Of a DNA stretch of 64,000 bases, positions 27,548-37,324 are shown piece after piece. The position numbers and the translations under genes are program-made. Position 1 is the first letter of the stretch; every line of letters begins with the position of its first letter. Origin of the DNA: an uncultured beta proteobacterium (lineage in GTDB: Bacteria; Pseudomonadota; Gammaproteobacteria; Burkholderiales; Burkholderiaceae_C); assembly GCA_903960915.1 (NCBI GenBank), contig CAJCCO010000043.1, positions 6,574 to 70,573 of the forward strand, in the 5' to 3' direction. A model generated the notes under the pieces. That model worked only from the letters and a program-made list of their open reading frames with translations, was not told the DNA's origin and ran no database searches.

Positions 27548-28975
27548 ATGAACGCCCCCACAATCCACGACCACCTGGCCCCGTTGGTGTCCCAACGCGA
27601 GGTGCCCCAGGCCCTGCTTGACGCCCTGTCCCAACGCTTCGGCGCTAACTGCTCCACCGCGCTGGTGGTGCGTGAGCAGCATGGCCGGGACGAGTCGGCG
27701 TTCACCAGCGTGCCACCGCCTGCCGCCGTGGTCTATGCTGAAAGCACCCAAGACGTCGCAGATGCCGTGGCGCTGGCGGCGCGCTACAAAGCGCCGGTAA
27801 TTCCGTTTGGCGTGGGCTCCTCGTTGGAAGGGCATTTGTTGGCGGTGCAAGGCGGCATCAGCTTGGACGTGGGTCGCATGAACAAGGTGTTGCGTATCAA
27901 CGCAGAAGATTTGACCGTGACCGTGCAACCCGGCGTGACCCGCAAGCAACTCAACGAAGAGGTCAAAAGTACCGGCCTGTTTTTTCCGATTGACCCCGGC
28001 GCCGACGCCAGCATTGGGGGCATGTGCGCCACCCGCGCCAGTGGCACCAACGCGGTGCGCTACGGCACCATGCGCGAGAACGTGCTGGCCCTGGAAGTGG
28101 TGACCGCCAGCGCTGAGGTGATACGCACTGGCACGCGCGCCAAGAAATCGAGCGCAGGCTACGACCTGACGCGCTTGATGGTGGGCAGCGAGGGCACGCT
28201 GGGCGTGATCACCGAGGTCACCCTGCGCCTGTACCCCTTGCCAGAAGCGGTGTCGGCTGCCGTGTGTTCGTTCCCCAGCATTGAGGCGGCTGTACAAACC
28301 ACCATTGCCATCATTCAGATGGGCGTACCCATTGCCCGGGTTGAGTTGATCGACCCCAATGCGGTGCGCATGGTCAACGCCTATGCCAAGCTGGGGCTCA
28401 GCGAGTCGCCCATGTTGTTGATGGAGTTTCACGGCTCGCCCAACGGCGTGCAGGAGCAGGCGCAGACCGTGCAGGAGATTGCCTCCGACCACGGGGGCCA
28501 ATCGTTTGAATGGGCCACCACCCCCGAAGAGCGCACGCGCTTATGGACAGCGCGGCACAACACGTACTTCGCGGCGATTCAAACCAAACCGGGTTGTCGT
28601 GTCATCAGCACCGACACCTGCGTGCCCATCAGCCGACTGGCCGACTGTTTGCTGGACTCGGTAGCCGAAGCCGATGCCTCAGGCATGCCGTATTTTTTGG
28701 TGGGCCATGTGGGCGATGGCAACTTTCACTTTGGCTACTTGATTGACCCCAACCTGCCTGCCGAACGTGAAATCGCCGAAAAGCTGAACCACCAACTGGT
28801 GCAACGCGCCTTGGCCCTGGAAGGCACCTGTTCTGGCGAGCACGGTATTGGCTTGCACAAAATGGATTTTTTACTGACCGAAACAGGCCACGGTGCCGTG
28901 GACATGATGCGCACCATCAAACGCGCGCTGGACCCGCACAACATCATGAATCCCGGCAAGATTTTCAGCAGCTGA
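27548..28975 (+). CDS. FAD-linked oxidase (GlcD/D-lactate or D-2-hydroxyacid dehydrogenase family)
   Basis: 475 aa with an FAD-binding PCMH-type N-domain (VIPFGVGSSLEGH). The C-terminus EGTCSGEHGIGLHKMDFL...KRALDPHNIMNPGKIF is typical of the family. Confidence 0.85.
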   Translation: MNAPTIHDHLAPLVSQREVPQALLDALSQRFGANCSTALVVREQHGRDESAFTSVPPPAAVVYAESTQDVADAVALAARYKAPVIPFGVGSSLEGHLLAVQGGISLDVGRMNKVLRINAEDLTVTVQPGVTRKQLNEEVKSTGLFFPIDPGADASIGGMCATRASGTNAVRYGTMRENVLALEVVTASAEVIRTGTRAKKSSAGYDLTRLMVGSEGTLGVITEVTLRLYPLPEAVSAAVCSFPSIEAAVQTTIAIIQMGVPIARVELIDPNAVRMVNAYAKLGLSESPMLLMEFHGSPNGVQEQAQTVQEIASDHGGQSFEWATTPEERTRLWTARHNTYFAAIQTKPGCRVISTDTCVPISRLADCLLDSVAEADASGMPYFLVGHVGDGNFHFGYLIDPNLPAEREIAEKLNHQLVQRALALEGTCSGEHGIGLHKMDFLLTETGHGAVDMMRTIKRALDPHNIMNPGKIFSS

Positions 28976-29091
28976 ACATTCAGACGAGCGCCTGTTCGGT
29001 GGGTAGGGAGCCTTACTTGGGGCTGCAATTACACTCCCAGCTACAAAAATGAAAGCTGGAAATGGCGAGTAAAAAAAATTTACAAGTAGGC

Positions 29092-30117
29092 ATGAAATCG
29101 TCCAACGTCAGTCATCACACGGCGGTCACCCTGGAGATGGTCGCCCAGAGGGCGGGGGTGTCCCCCAGCACGGTGTCACGTATTCTGAATGGCACGGCGG
29201 TCGTCAGTGATGTCAAAAAGCAAGCGGTTGATGAAGCCATTGCCACCTTGGGTTACGTGCCCAATCCGGTCGCCCGTGGCTTGGCGGGTGGCCGAACCTT
29301 GAGTATTGGCGTGATAACCCAGGCGATAGACAGCCCCTTTTATGGCGCCTCCTTGCGCGGTATCGAAGATGAGTTGGACCCTGCGGGGTACAGCCCCTTG
29401 TTTGTGAGTGCCCACTGGAACGCCGACCTGGAGGTGCGCCATATCGACATGCTGCGGTCGCGCCGTGTAGACGGCATCATTGTCTTGACCGGGCGGCTCA
29501 ATGACCAAGCGCTTAAAGCCTATGCCAAGAGCCTGCCATTTGTGGTGACGGGTCGGGCGATTAAGGGCCCAGGTCTCTTTGCACTGAATTTTGACAACTT
29601 CAAGGGTGGCCTGTTGGCAACCCGCCACCTTATTGAGTTGGGACACCAGCACATTGCTTTCATTGCCGGTGACCCTGAGCACCCTGATGCCATGGAGCGG
29701 TTGCAGGGTTATCAGGCGGCGCTCAAAGAGGCCGGTCTGGTGTTCGATCCGGCTTTGGTTATTCCCGGGCAGTACCACGAAGAAAGCGGCCTTCTGGCGA
29801 TCGATGCCTTGTTGGCAACGGGCAAGCGATTCACCGCCATCTTTGCTGCCAACGACCAGATGGCCGTTGGTGCCGCCCTGGGACTGCATCGCCATGGCCT
29901 GCGGGTGCCGCATGATGTGTCTTTGATTGGCTTTGATGATTTGCCAGCCTCCCTCTACTCGGTTCCGCCTTTGAGTTCCATCCATCACCCGGCTTATGAA
30001 ATTGGCCGCCAGGCGGCCTCTGCCATGCTGCAACTGGTGTCGGGCAAAAAACCCGACTTGGCAGTGAGCGAGCCGGTTCTGGTGGCGCGCGAATCAAGCC
30101 GCCGCCTGCCTACCTAA
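29092..30117 (+). CDS. LacI family transcriptional regulator (candidate regulator of the beta-glucan locus)
   Basis: HTH VTLEMVAQRAGVSPSTVSRILNG plus a periplasmic-binding-protein-like sugar domain. Start uncertain (ATG at 29062 or 29092). Confidence 0.85.
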   Translation: MKSSNVSHHTAVTLEMVAQRAGVSPSTVSRILNGTAVVSDVKKQAVDEAIATLGYVPNPVARGLAGGRTLSIGVITQAIDSPFYGASLRGIEDELDPAGYSPLFVSAHWNADLEVRHIDMLRSRRVDGIIVLTGRLNDQALKAYAKSLPFVVTGRAIKGPGLFALNFDNFKGGLLATRHLIELGHQHIAFIAGDPEHPDAMERLQGYQAALKEAGLVFDPALVIPGQYHEESGLLAIDALLATGKRFTAIFAANDQMAVGAALGLHRHGLRVPHDVSLIGFDDLPASLYSVPPLSSIHHPAYEIGRQAASAMLQLVSGKKPDLAVSEPVLVARESSRRLPT

Positions 30118-30211
30118 AGCCCAGACTACGGGCCTTTCCCAGGGCCTGCGCGCATTTTCCTACGGGATTTCCCTTGGGTAAATTCCTATTTTGCTAACCT
30201 ATAATAAATTT

Positions 30212-30225
30212 TGAAAGCGCTTTCA
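30212..30225. promoter_or_regulatory. LacI-type operator palindrome TGAAAGCGCTTTCA upstream of the ABC transporter operon
   Basis: Perfect 14-bp palindrome 82 nt upstream of the substrate-binding-protein ATG (30307). The same 14-mer recurs at 40644, 40798 and 45449. Confidence 0.7.
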
Positions 30226-30306
30226 TGCCATTGCTTCTGCCCATTGGCAAGATCTTGGCCAGCGTCACGGGCGCGACGTTTATATTGGTGTTCATCTGGG
30301 GCAAAA

Positions 30307-31584
30307 ATGAAATTTTCAAGCCACAAAGCACGCGCTGTTGTGCAAGCGCTGCGCATAAGCGTCTGCTTGCTCGCAGGAGCCCTGCTAGGGAGCGCAGCCA
30401 TGGCGCAACAAACCTTGACCGTGGCCGCTTTCCCGGCGATTGATGACATCGTCAAAGCTGCACTGCCGCAGTGGAAGAAAAAGCACCCCAACGTCGAAAT
30501 CAAGGTGGTCAGCCGGGCCTACGCCGATCACCACACAGCCATGACCACCGCGTTGTCAACGTCGTCCAATCTGCCCGATGTCATGGCGCTTGAATTTGGC
30601 TATGTCGCCCGATTTTCTGAAGGCGGTGGCTTGGAAGATCTGTCCCAAGCGCCCTACAAGGTCAAAGAGCAGCAAAGCCGTTTTGTCCCCTATGCCTTCC
30701 GCCAGGGAACGGCCATCTCGGGTGCCGTGATGGCAGTACCCACCGACATAGGCCCGGGCACACTGCTTTACCGCACAGACATTCTCAAAAAAGCCGGCAT
30801 CGCTGAGGCGGATCTGACCAAGTCCTGGGAGTCTTACATCAACGCGGGTATCAAGATCAAGGCCACAACCGGTGCGTACCTGATGCCCCACGCGCGTGAT
30901 ATCAAAGATATTTTGATTCGGACCGGTGTGCAAAACGGGGAGGGCCTGTACCTGGACGCCAAGGGCAAAGTGCTGGTGGATTCGCCTCGCTTTGTGCGTG
31001 CCTTTGAGTTGGCCAAAAAAGTGCGCGAGAACAAGCTCGACGGCAAGATCAACGCCTGGTCCAACGAATGGTCTGAAGGGTTCAAGCGCGGCACGATTGC
31101 AACGCAGATGTCGGGTGCTTGGTTGGCCGGCCATTTGAACAACTGGTTGGCCCCCAGCACCAAAGGCCAGTGGCAGGCCGCGCAGCTGCCAGAGGGCGCC
31201 TTTGGCTCGTGGGGGGGGAGTTTTTATGCCATTCCCAAGACTGGCAAAAACAAGGCCTTGGCCTGGGAATTCGTCCAAATGATGACCTTGACGCCAGAGC
31301 TCCAGTTGCAGGCCTTCAAGTCGCAAGACGCTTTTCCAGCCCTGGTTGCCGTGCACAACGACGCCTTCTTTGACCAGCCCATTGAGTTTCTGGCCAACCA
31401 AAAAGCCCGGCTGCTGTGGCGCCAGGCTGCAGCCCGTATTACGGCGGTAGATGTGCACAAGCTCGATCCGATAGCCGAGGAAATCATCAACACAGAAATG
31501 GACAAAGTGCTCGACCAGGGTAAGGACGTGCGCCAAGCCTTGGCAGATGCCAAGTCCCTGCTGGAACGGCGTGTGCGGCGCTAG
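30307..31584 (+). CDS. Sugar ABC transporter substrate-binding protein (family 1 solute-binding protein)
   Basis: From the ATG at 30307: MKFSSHKARAVVQALRISVCLLAGALLGSAAMAQQ (signal peptide). Size is about 425 aa, and two permease genes follow. Confidence 0.85.
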   Translation: MKFSSHKARAVVQALRISVCLLAGALLGSAAMAQQTLTVAAFPAIDDIVKAALPQWKKKHPNVEIKVVSRAYADHHTAMTTALSTSSNLPDVMALEFGYVARFSEGGGLEDLSQAPYKVKEQQSRFVPYAFRQGTAISGAVMAVPTDIGPGTLLYRTDILKKAGIAEADLTKSWESYINAGIKIKATTGAYLMPHARDIKDILIRTGVQNGEGLYLDAKGKVLVDSPRFVRAFELAKKVRENKLDGKINAWSNEWSEGFKRGTIATQMSGAWLAGHLNNWLAPSTKGQWQAAQLPEGAFGSWGGSFYAIPKTGKNKALAWEFVQMMTLTPELQLQAFKSQDAFPALVAVHNDAFFDQPIEFLANQKARLLWRQAAARITAVDVHKLDPIAEEIINTEMDKVLDQGKDVRQALADAKSLLERRVRR

Positions 31585-31605
31585 GCCGCGCTGACTCCTG
31601 AAGCG

Positions 31606-32541
31606 ATGAAACTCTTACACAAACTGCAACCCGGTCCGGACGTGGTCCCCTACGTCCTGTTGGCGCCCTTTGTGTTGCTGTTTCTGGTGTTTGGGGTGTT
31701 CCCCCTGGGCTTCTCGTTTTATCTGGCGTTTCAAAGCTGGGAGCCGACTGCGGGCCTGACGTCCATGAAATTTGTTGGCCTGGATAATTTTGCTTTCGCC
31801 ATCACGGACGAATGGTTTTGGAAATCGCTGAAAAACACCGCCTGGTTGGCCGTGGCCTCCGGGGTGCCGCAACATGTGGTGGCGATACCGTTGGCGGTGT
31901 TTATTCACAGCGCCTTCAAACGTGGCCGCAACAGCGTGGTGGGCGCGTATTTCCTGCCCTACATCACCTCCACCGTGGCCATTGCCATGATGTTCAGCAC
32001 CCTGTTCTCCACCGACTACGGGCTCATCAATATTGCCCTGCAGGCCATGGGCCAGTTGCCTGGGCTGGCTTGGTTGTTTCCTGCAGCGCCTATTGACTGG
32101 CTCAACCGGGCCGAAAACGTGAAGCCTGCTATTGCCCTGGTGGTGTTCTGGCGCTACGTGGGCTTCAACACCGTGCTGTACCTGGCTGCCTTGCAGACCA
32201 TTCCCAAAGACATGTACGAGGCCGCCACCATGGATGGCGCGGGGCGTTGGCAGCAGTTTTGGTTCATCACCCTGCCCAGCCTGAAGCCCATGATTTATTT
32301 TGGCGTCACGCTCAGTGTGGTGGGCGGCTTGCAGTTGTTCGAAGAGCCCTTCATTCTGACCGGGGGACGCGGCGGTACCGACCAGGCCGGCATGACCACC
32401 GCCATGTACATGTACCGCACGGCCTTCGAGTTCAATGATTTTGGTGGCGCCAGTGCCTTGTCGTGGCTGCTGTTTGTGTTTGTGGCCCTGTTGACCTGGT
32501 TGACCAACCGGGCCTTCAAGCCACGTGGCCCGGCCGCCTGA
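31606..32541 (+). CDS. Carbohydrate ABC transporter permease (MalF/UgpA-like)
   Basis: 311-aa polytopic protein with EAA loop YEAATMDGAGRWQQFWFITLPSLKP. Confidence 0.85.
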   Translation: MKLLHKLQPGPDVVPYVLLAPFVLLFLVFGVFPLGFSFYLAFQSWEPTAGLTSMKFVGLDNFAFAITDEWFWKSLKNTAWLAVASGVPQHVVAIPLAVFIHSAFKRGRNSVVGAYFLPYITSTVAIAMMFSTLFSTDYGLINIALQAMGQLPGLAWLFPAAPIDWLNRAENVKPAIALVVFWRYVGFNTVLYLAALQTIPKDMYEAATMDGAGRWQQFWFITLPSLKPMIYFGVTLSVVGGLQLFEEPFILTGGRGGTDQAGMTTAMYMYRTAFEFNDFGGASALSWLLFVFVALLTWLTNRAFKPRGPAA

Positions 32542-32548
32542 GGACAGG

Positions 32549-33379
32549 ATGATGATCAAGACCGATCGCATGGCGCCCCTTGCCGCCTACCTGTTGGTAG
32601 GGGTGGGTAGCTTGCTCATGCTGGCGCCCTTTTATTTCATGTTCGTGTTTGCCACCCATTCACGCACTGAAATTTTCAATTTGCCGCCGCCCTTGTTTTT
32701 TGGCAATGAATTTTTCAACAACCTGGCCCTCCTGACCAGCAAAATTCCATTCTGGCGCAGCCTGGGCTGGAGCTTGTATGTCGCCCTGGCCTCCACCGGG
32801 CTGACGCTGTTGTTTTGCTCCATGGGCGGGTATGCCTTTGCCCTGTTTGAGTTTCGCTTCAAGAAGCCTCTCTTCATGCTGGTGATGGGCACCATGTTGA
32901 TCCCCTCATTTCTCGGCATGATTCCGACGTTCATGATCATGGACGCTTTTGGCTGGATCGATCAACCCCGCGCGCTCTACATTCCGGGCGCGGCCAGTGC
33001 GTTTGGCATTTTCATGATGCGCCAGTTTGTGGCCTCCGCCATACCGCGTGATCTGATTGAAGCCGCACGCATGGACGGCTGCAGTGAGCTGGGCATTTAC
33101 TGGCGCATTGTGCTGCCCTTGCTGAGCCCGGCCATGGGAACTTTAGGCCTGATTACTTTCATTGCCTCCTGGAACAACTTCATTGGGCCTTTGATCGTGA
33201 TGCGCTCGCCCGAGATGTACACCTTGCCCTTGGCTTTGCGCAGCATGCAAAGCCCGGTCAATACCGAATGGGGTGCCGTGATGGCCGGTGCGGCTATTGC
33301 CACCTTGCCACTGCTGGTGTTGTTTGCCATTTCCTCTCGCCGTCTTATTGATGGACTGACCGCGGGTGCCGTGAAATGA
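32549..33379 (+). CDS. Carbohydrate ABC transporter permease (MalG/UgpE-like)
   Basis: Polytopic protein with EAA loop IEAARMDGCSELGIYWRIVLPLLSP. The ATG at 32549 is preceded by AGGACAGG; the track start at 32525 is a GTG. Confidence 0.85.
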   Translation: MMIKTDRMAPLAAYLLVGVGSLLMLAPFYFMFVFATHSRTEIFNLPPPLFFGNEFFNNLALLTSKIPFWRSLGWSLYVALASTGLTLLFCSMGGYAFALFEFRFKKPLFMLVMGTMLIPSFLGMIPTFMIMDAFGWIDQPRALYIPGAASAFGIFMMRQFVASAIPRDLIEAARMDGCSELGIYWRIVLPLLSPAMGTLGLITFIASWNNFIGPLIVMRSPEMYTLPLALRSMQSPVNTEWGAVMAGAAIATLPLLVLFAISSRRLIDGLTAGAVK

Positions 33380-33448
33380 GTCCACGCGGGGCAACATCGC
33401 AGCGCACTGTATTGACCACTGTTGAATTTAGATTGACCTGAAACATCC

Positions 33449-34822
33449 ATGAACATGACTGAGCTACCTACTTTGCACGAGCGCTTTCCGCCCCATTTTG
33501 TGTGGGGCGTAGCCACCAGCTCTTTTCAAATTGAAGGTGCACCTGAGCAAGATGGCAAGGGTCTTTCGATCTGGGACCAGTTTTGTCGCGTGCCCGGCGC
33601 CATTGCCGATGCCAGCAATGGCGATGTAGCCTGTGCGCACTACAGCCGCTGGCAGGAAGACCTCGATCTGATTGCTTCTTTGGGCGTGGATGCTTACCGC
33701 TTTTCCATTGCCTGGCCGCGCGTGCGCCCTGGTGGCTCCGGGGCCTGGAACGAGAAAGGGCTTGATTTTTACGAGCGCTTGGTGGACGGCATGCTGGCGC
33801 GCGGCGTTAAGCCCTATGTCACCTTGAACCATTGGGACCTTCCCCTGGAACTGCAAGCGACAGGCGGCTGGGCCAACCGCGATACGGTCCCTTTGTTTGT
33901 GGAATACGCCCGCAAAGTAGCAACGCGCCTGGGCGACCGGGTGCCCTCCATCACCACCCACAATGAACCTTGGGTGATGTCGGTTCTGGGCCATGAAAGC
34001 GGCGTATTCGCCCCGGGTCTGAAGAACCGTGCCATGGCCATGCAGGTGGCGCACCATTTGCTGCTCAGCCATGGCCTGTCGCTGCAAGCCCTGCGCGCAG
34101 ACGGCTGCCAGGCCGATCTGGGCATTGTGCTCAACCTGTCGCCCATGAGTGCCGCCACCGACAGCGCGGCTGACCAGGCCAAGAAGGTGCTGGAAGATGG
34201 TCGCTTGGTGCGCTGGTACATGGACCCACTGTTCAAGTCGGCTTACCCTGAGGATGTGCTGGCCTATCTGGGGCAGGACGCGCCCCAAGTACAAGCCGGC
34301 GATATGCAGGCCATTGCCACGCCCCTGGACTTTTTGGGCATCAACTACTACACCCGCTCCGTGGTGAGCGCTGATGATTCCTGGAAATCCAGCCAGAGTG
34401 GCTTGCCACTGACCGACATGGGGTGGGAAATTTACCCAGAAGGCCTGACCGAGCTGTTGCTGCGCGTGCACCAAGACTATGAATTGCCTGTTATTTTTGT
34501 GACCGAAAACGGCGGCGCTTTTCCGGACGTGTTGGATAACGGGCAAGTGCATGATGCCGCGCGCACCGAGTACATTGCTAAGCACATAGAAGCTATTGCA
34601 CAGGCGATGGACCAGGGTGTTCCGTTAGGGGGCTACATGGTGTGGAGCCTGCTGGATAATTTTGAATGGGCGTCGGGCTACGAGAAGCGTTTTGGCATCG
34701 TGCATGTCGACTTCGCCAGCCAACAACGAACGCCCAAGGACAGTGCGCTGTGGTACCAGGATTACCTGCGCTGTGTGCATGCGCACCGCGCCAGTCTGGC
34801 ACAGGCCACCACCGGAGCTTGA
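33449..34822 (+). CDS. GH1 beta-glucosidase (cytoplasmic)
   Basis: 457 aa with FVWGVATSSFQIEG, TLNHWDLP, acid/base TTHNEPW and nucleophile VTENG. No signal peptide. Confidence 0.9.
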   Translation: MNMTELPTLHERFPPHFVWGVATSSFQIEGAPEQDGKGLSIWDQFCRVPGAIADASNGDVACAHYSRWQEDLDLIASLGVDAYRFSIAWPRVRPGGSGAWNEKGLDFYERLVDGMLARGVKPYVTLNHWDLPLELQATGGWANRDTVPLFVEYARKVATRLGDRVPSITTHNEPWVMSVLGHESGVFAPGLKNRAMAMQVAHHLLLSHGLSLQALRADGCQADLGIVLNLSPMSAATDSAADQAKKVLEDGRLVRWYMDPLFKSAYPEDVLAYLGQDAPQVQAGDMQAIATPLDFLGINYYTRSVVSADDSWKSSQSGLPLTDMGWEIYPEGLTELLLRVHQDYELPVIFVTENGGAFPDVLDNGQVHDAARTEYIAKHIEAIAQAMDQGVPLGGYMVWSLLDNFEWASGYEKRFGIVHVDFASQQRTPKDSALWYQDYLRCVHAHRASLAQATTGA

Positions 34823-34823
34823 A

Positions 34824-35879
34824 ATGGGCCAAGTAGAACTGCAAGGTGTGCGTAAAAGTTTTGGCGAGCAGGAGGTCATCAAAGGCATTGACTTGACGGT
34901 ACGTGCCGGCGAGTTCATGGTTTTTGTGGGGCCCTCGGGGTGCGGCAAGTCCACCACCTTGCGCATGATCGCCGGGCTTGAAAGTATCAGCGCCGGCACC
35001 CTGTTGATCGATGGGGTGAAAGCCAACGGTCTGCGCCCGGCTGACCGGGGTGCGGCCATGGTGTTTCAAAGCTATGCGCTCTACCCGCACATGACGGTGG
35101 CAGAGAACATGGGCTTCTCGCTCAAGATGGCGGGTGTGGGTAAAAGTGAGCGCGAGACACAGGTTAGACGCACCGCCGATATCTTGCGCATGACCGAGCT
35201 GCTGGACCGCTTTCCCAAAGAGTTGTCGGGCGGGCAGCGCCAGCGCGTGGCCATTGGTCGGGCCATTGTGCGCAAGCCCAAAGTGTTTTTGTTTGACGAG
35301 CCCTTGTCCAACCTGGACGCGGCCTTGCGGGTGAACATGCGCATTGAACTCTCGCGCCTGCACCAGGAGCTGGGGACCACCATGATTTATGTCACCCACG
35401 ACCAGGTGGAGGCCATGACCATGGGTGACCGCATTGCCGTTTTCAACCAAGGAAAAATTGAGCAGCTCGGGGCGCCCATGGATTTGTACAACCGCCCCGC
35501 TAACCAATTTGTGGCCACTTTTTTAGGCGCGCCACGCATCAACCTCATCCACCAACCTGCTGCCGATGCCACCCCCGCGCACCGCCAGTTATGGGCATTG
35601 CTGCAGTTAAAGCCCGAGCCTTTGGCGCAGCACATGGGACTGCGCCCCGAGCACTTGCACGTTGATCTGCAAGGCCAGGGTATTCCTGCCACCGTGGTAC
35701 TGGCTGAGCATTTGGGCGACACCTCGGTGCTGTATCTGCGCGTGGACGGTGTGAGTGACTTGCTCAATGCCAAAGTGGGTGCGCAGTTCAGTGCCTGTGC
35801 CAAGGGGCAGGTGGTGGGGCTGGTGCCTGATGCGCAGGCCGCGCTGGCGTTTGACGCACAGGGCCAATTGCTGGCTTGA
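34824..35879 (+). CDS. Sugar ABC transporter ATP-binding protein (MalK/UgpC/MsiK-like)
   Basis: From the ATG at 34824: MGQVELQGVRKSFGEQEVIKGIDL. Walker A GPSGCGKST, LSGGQRQRVAIGRA, FDEPLSNLD and a C-terminal regulatory/TOBE-like domain are present. Confidence 0.9.
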   Translation: MGQVELQGVRKSFGEQEVIKGIDLTVRAGEFMVFVGPSGCGKSTTLRMIAGLESISAGTLLIDGVKANGLRPADRGAAMVFQSYALYPHMTVAENMGFSLKMAGVGKSERETQVRRTADILRMTELLDRFPKELSGGQRQRVAIGRAIVRKPKVFLFDEPLSNLDAALRVNMRIELSRLHQELGTTMIYVTHDQVEAMTMGDRIAVFNQGKIEQLGAPMDLYNRPANQFVATFLGAPRINLIHQPAADATPAHRQLWALLQLKPEPLAQHMGLRPEHLHVDLQGQGIPATVVLAEHLGDTSVLYLRVDGVSDLLNAKVGAQFSACAKGQVVGLVPDAQAALAFDAQGQLLA

Positions 35880-35899
35880 GCTGGCTTGCCCCAAGCGGC

Positions 35900-37255
35900 C
35901 TACAGCGCACTCAGTGGACGTAAGTGGACGTAAGTGGCAATGGCGCGGGCGGGTAGCTCGGTGGCCCAGCGCTGGCCATCCACGACCAGCTCAAAAGATT
36001 GGGCGCTGCTGCTGGCATTCATCACCACCACGGCCGTGCTGCCATCGGTGTTAATAAAGGCGGCGGCCTCCAGCTGCGGGCGGGCGCTGCTGCACAGCAC
36101 GCGGCGTGCGCCGGGCCGTACAAAGCGAGAAAAATGGCCTATGTAGTAGTAAGAGCTTTGCAGCAACAAGCGGTCGTTGTGGGTGTCAACCAAAATGGGG
36201 GCGCTGCATAAATTGCCCACATGGTTGGGGCCACCGGTTTCATCCAGCACCAGGTTCCAGTCAATCCAGCCCACGGTCCACCGGTTCAGGTCCTTGATCA
36301 TGGAGCGCGCGTAGCGTTCACCCAGATCCCATGAACCCAGGTGCGGACCGCCTTCCTGGCAGCCTTCGGTAAACAGCAGGTGCTTGTCGGGCCAGGCATC
36401 GTGCGTGAGTTGCACATGGTCAAAGCACGACTCGCCATACCAGTGAAAGCCCGTGCCCCAGACATAGCGCGCGGCCTGCGGGTCTGAATACACCACGCTG
36501 GCTCGCTCCACCATGCGGTCCCGGTTGTGGTCCCAGATGATGATCTTGACATGGCCCAGGCCGGCCTTGGCCAACTCGGGGCCGAGAAAATCGCGCACAA
36601 AATCACGCTCTTCTTCTGCGGTGTACAAGCAGGAGTCCCAAACCTGATGGGCTTCAGGCTCGTTCTGCACGGACACGCCCCACACCGGTAGGCCTTGCGC
36701 TTCGTAGGCCTGAATGAATTTCACAAAGCACAACGCCCAGGTTTGACGGTAGGCCGGCAACAAATGCCCGCCCTGGTTCATTTGTGCATTGCTTTTCATC
36801 CACGCTGGCGGGCTCCAGGGCGATACCAACAGTTGCAGGGGCTGGCCCGCTACCTGTTGCGCCGCTTGTATGAAGGGCAGCAAAGCGAGTTGGTCCCGTG
36901 CAATGCTGAAGTCCTGAAGCGTGAGGTCGCCCGGCGTGGCGGCATGGGCGTAATTGCCCAATGAAAAATCGCAACTGTTCATGTGCACGCGGCACAGGGT
37001 GTAGCCGTGGCCGGTTGCACGGTCAAAGTACAGGCGCAGCACTTCATCGCGTTGCGCCGGGCTGAGCTTGAGCCAGTTGTGTGCGCTGGACTCGGTAAAA
37101 GCGCCGCCAAAACCCAGCACGGTCTGAAAGCGCCTTTCGGTGTTGACCCACACCGTCGTGGGGCTGGGCGGCATGGCGCTGGCAAGGGCTTGAAGGGCGG
37201 GCGCGGCCTGCAGGCGTTGGTCGGTTGCACAGACGGTTAAATAAGGCTGAATCAT
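35900..37255 (-). CDS. GH30 glycoside hydrolase (glucosylceramidase/beta-1,6-glucanase-like), no signal peptide
   Basis: 451 aa. LGFGGAFTESSA, the acid/base region GVSVQNEPE and the nucleophile region LLFTEGCQ are GH30 hallmarks. Confidence 0.8.
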   Translation of the reverse strand: MIQPYLTVCATDQRLQAAPALQALASAMPPSPTTVWVNTERRFQTVLGFGGAFTESSAHNWLKLSPAQRDEVLRLYFDRATGHGYTLCRVHMNSCDFSLGNYAHAATPGDLTLQDFSIARDQLALLPFIQAAQQVAGQPLQLLVSPWSPPAWMKSNAQMNQGGHLLPAYRQTWALCFVKFIQAYEAQGLPVWGVSVQNEPEAHQVWDSCLYTAEEERDFVRDFLGPELAKAGLGHVKIIIWDHNRDRMVERASVVYSDPQAARYVWGTGFHWYGESCFDHVQLTHDAWPDKHLLFTEGCQEGGPHLGSWDLGERYARSMIKDLNRWTVGWIDWNLVLDETGGPNHVGNLCSAPILVDTHNDRLLLQSSYYYIGHFSRFVRPGARRVLCSSARPQLEAAAFINTDGSTAVVVMNASSSAQSFELVVDGQRWATELPARAIATYVHLRPLSAL

Positions 37256-37278
37256 GCGGCAAGGCTCTCGCTTGGCGA

Positions 37279-37308
37279 ATAAAAAAGGCGCAGCAAATGC
37301 TGCGCCTT
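37279..37308 (-). terminator. Rho-independent terminator after the GH17 gene (minus strand)
   Basis: 10-bp perfect stem AAGGCGCAGC/GCTGCGCCTT (37285-37294/37299-37308) with a 4-nt loop. On the minus strand it is followed by TTTTTTATT. Confidence 0.75.
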
Positions 37309-37324
37309 GTGTGAACGGCCCAGG

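Noticed and set aside
29050-29063. TGAAAGC half-site just upstream of the LacI-family gene (possible autoregulation)
   Set aside because: Only the left half of the 14-bp palindrome is present (TGAAAGCTGGAAAT). It is not comparable to the four perfect copies, so no operator is called.
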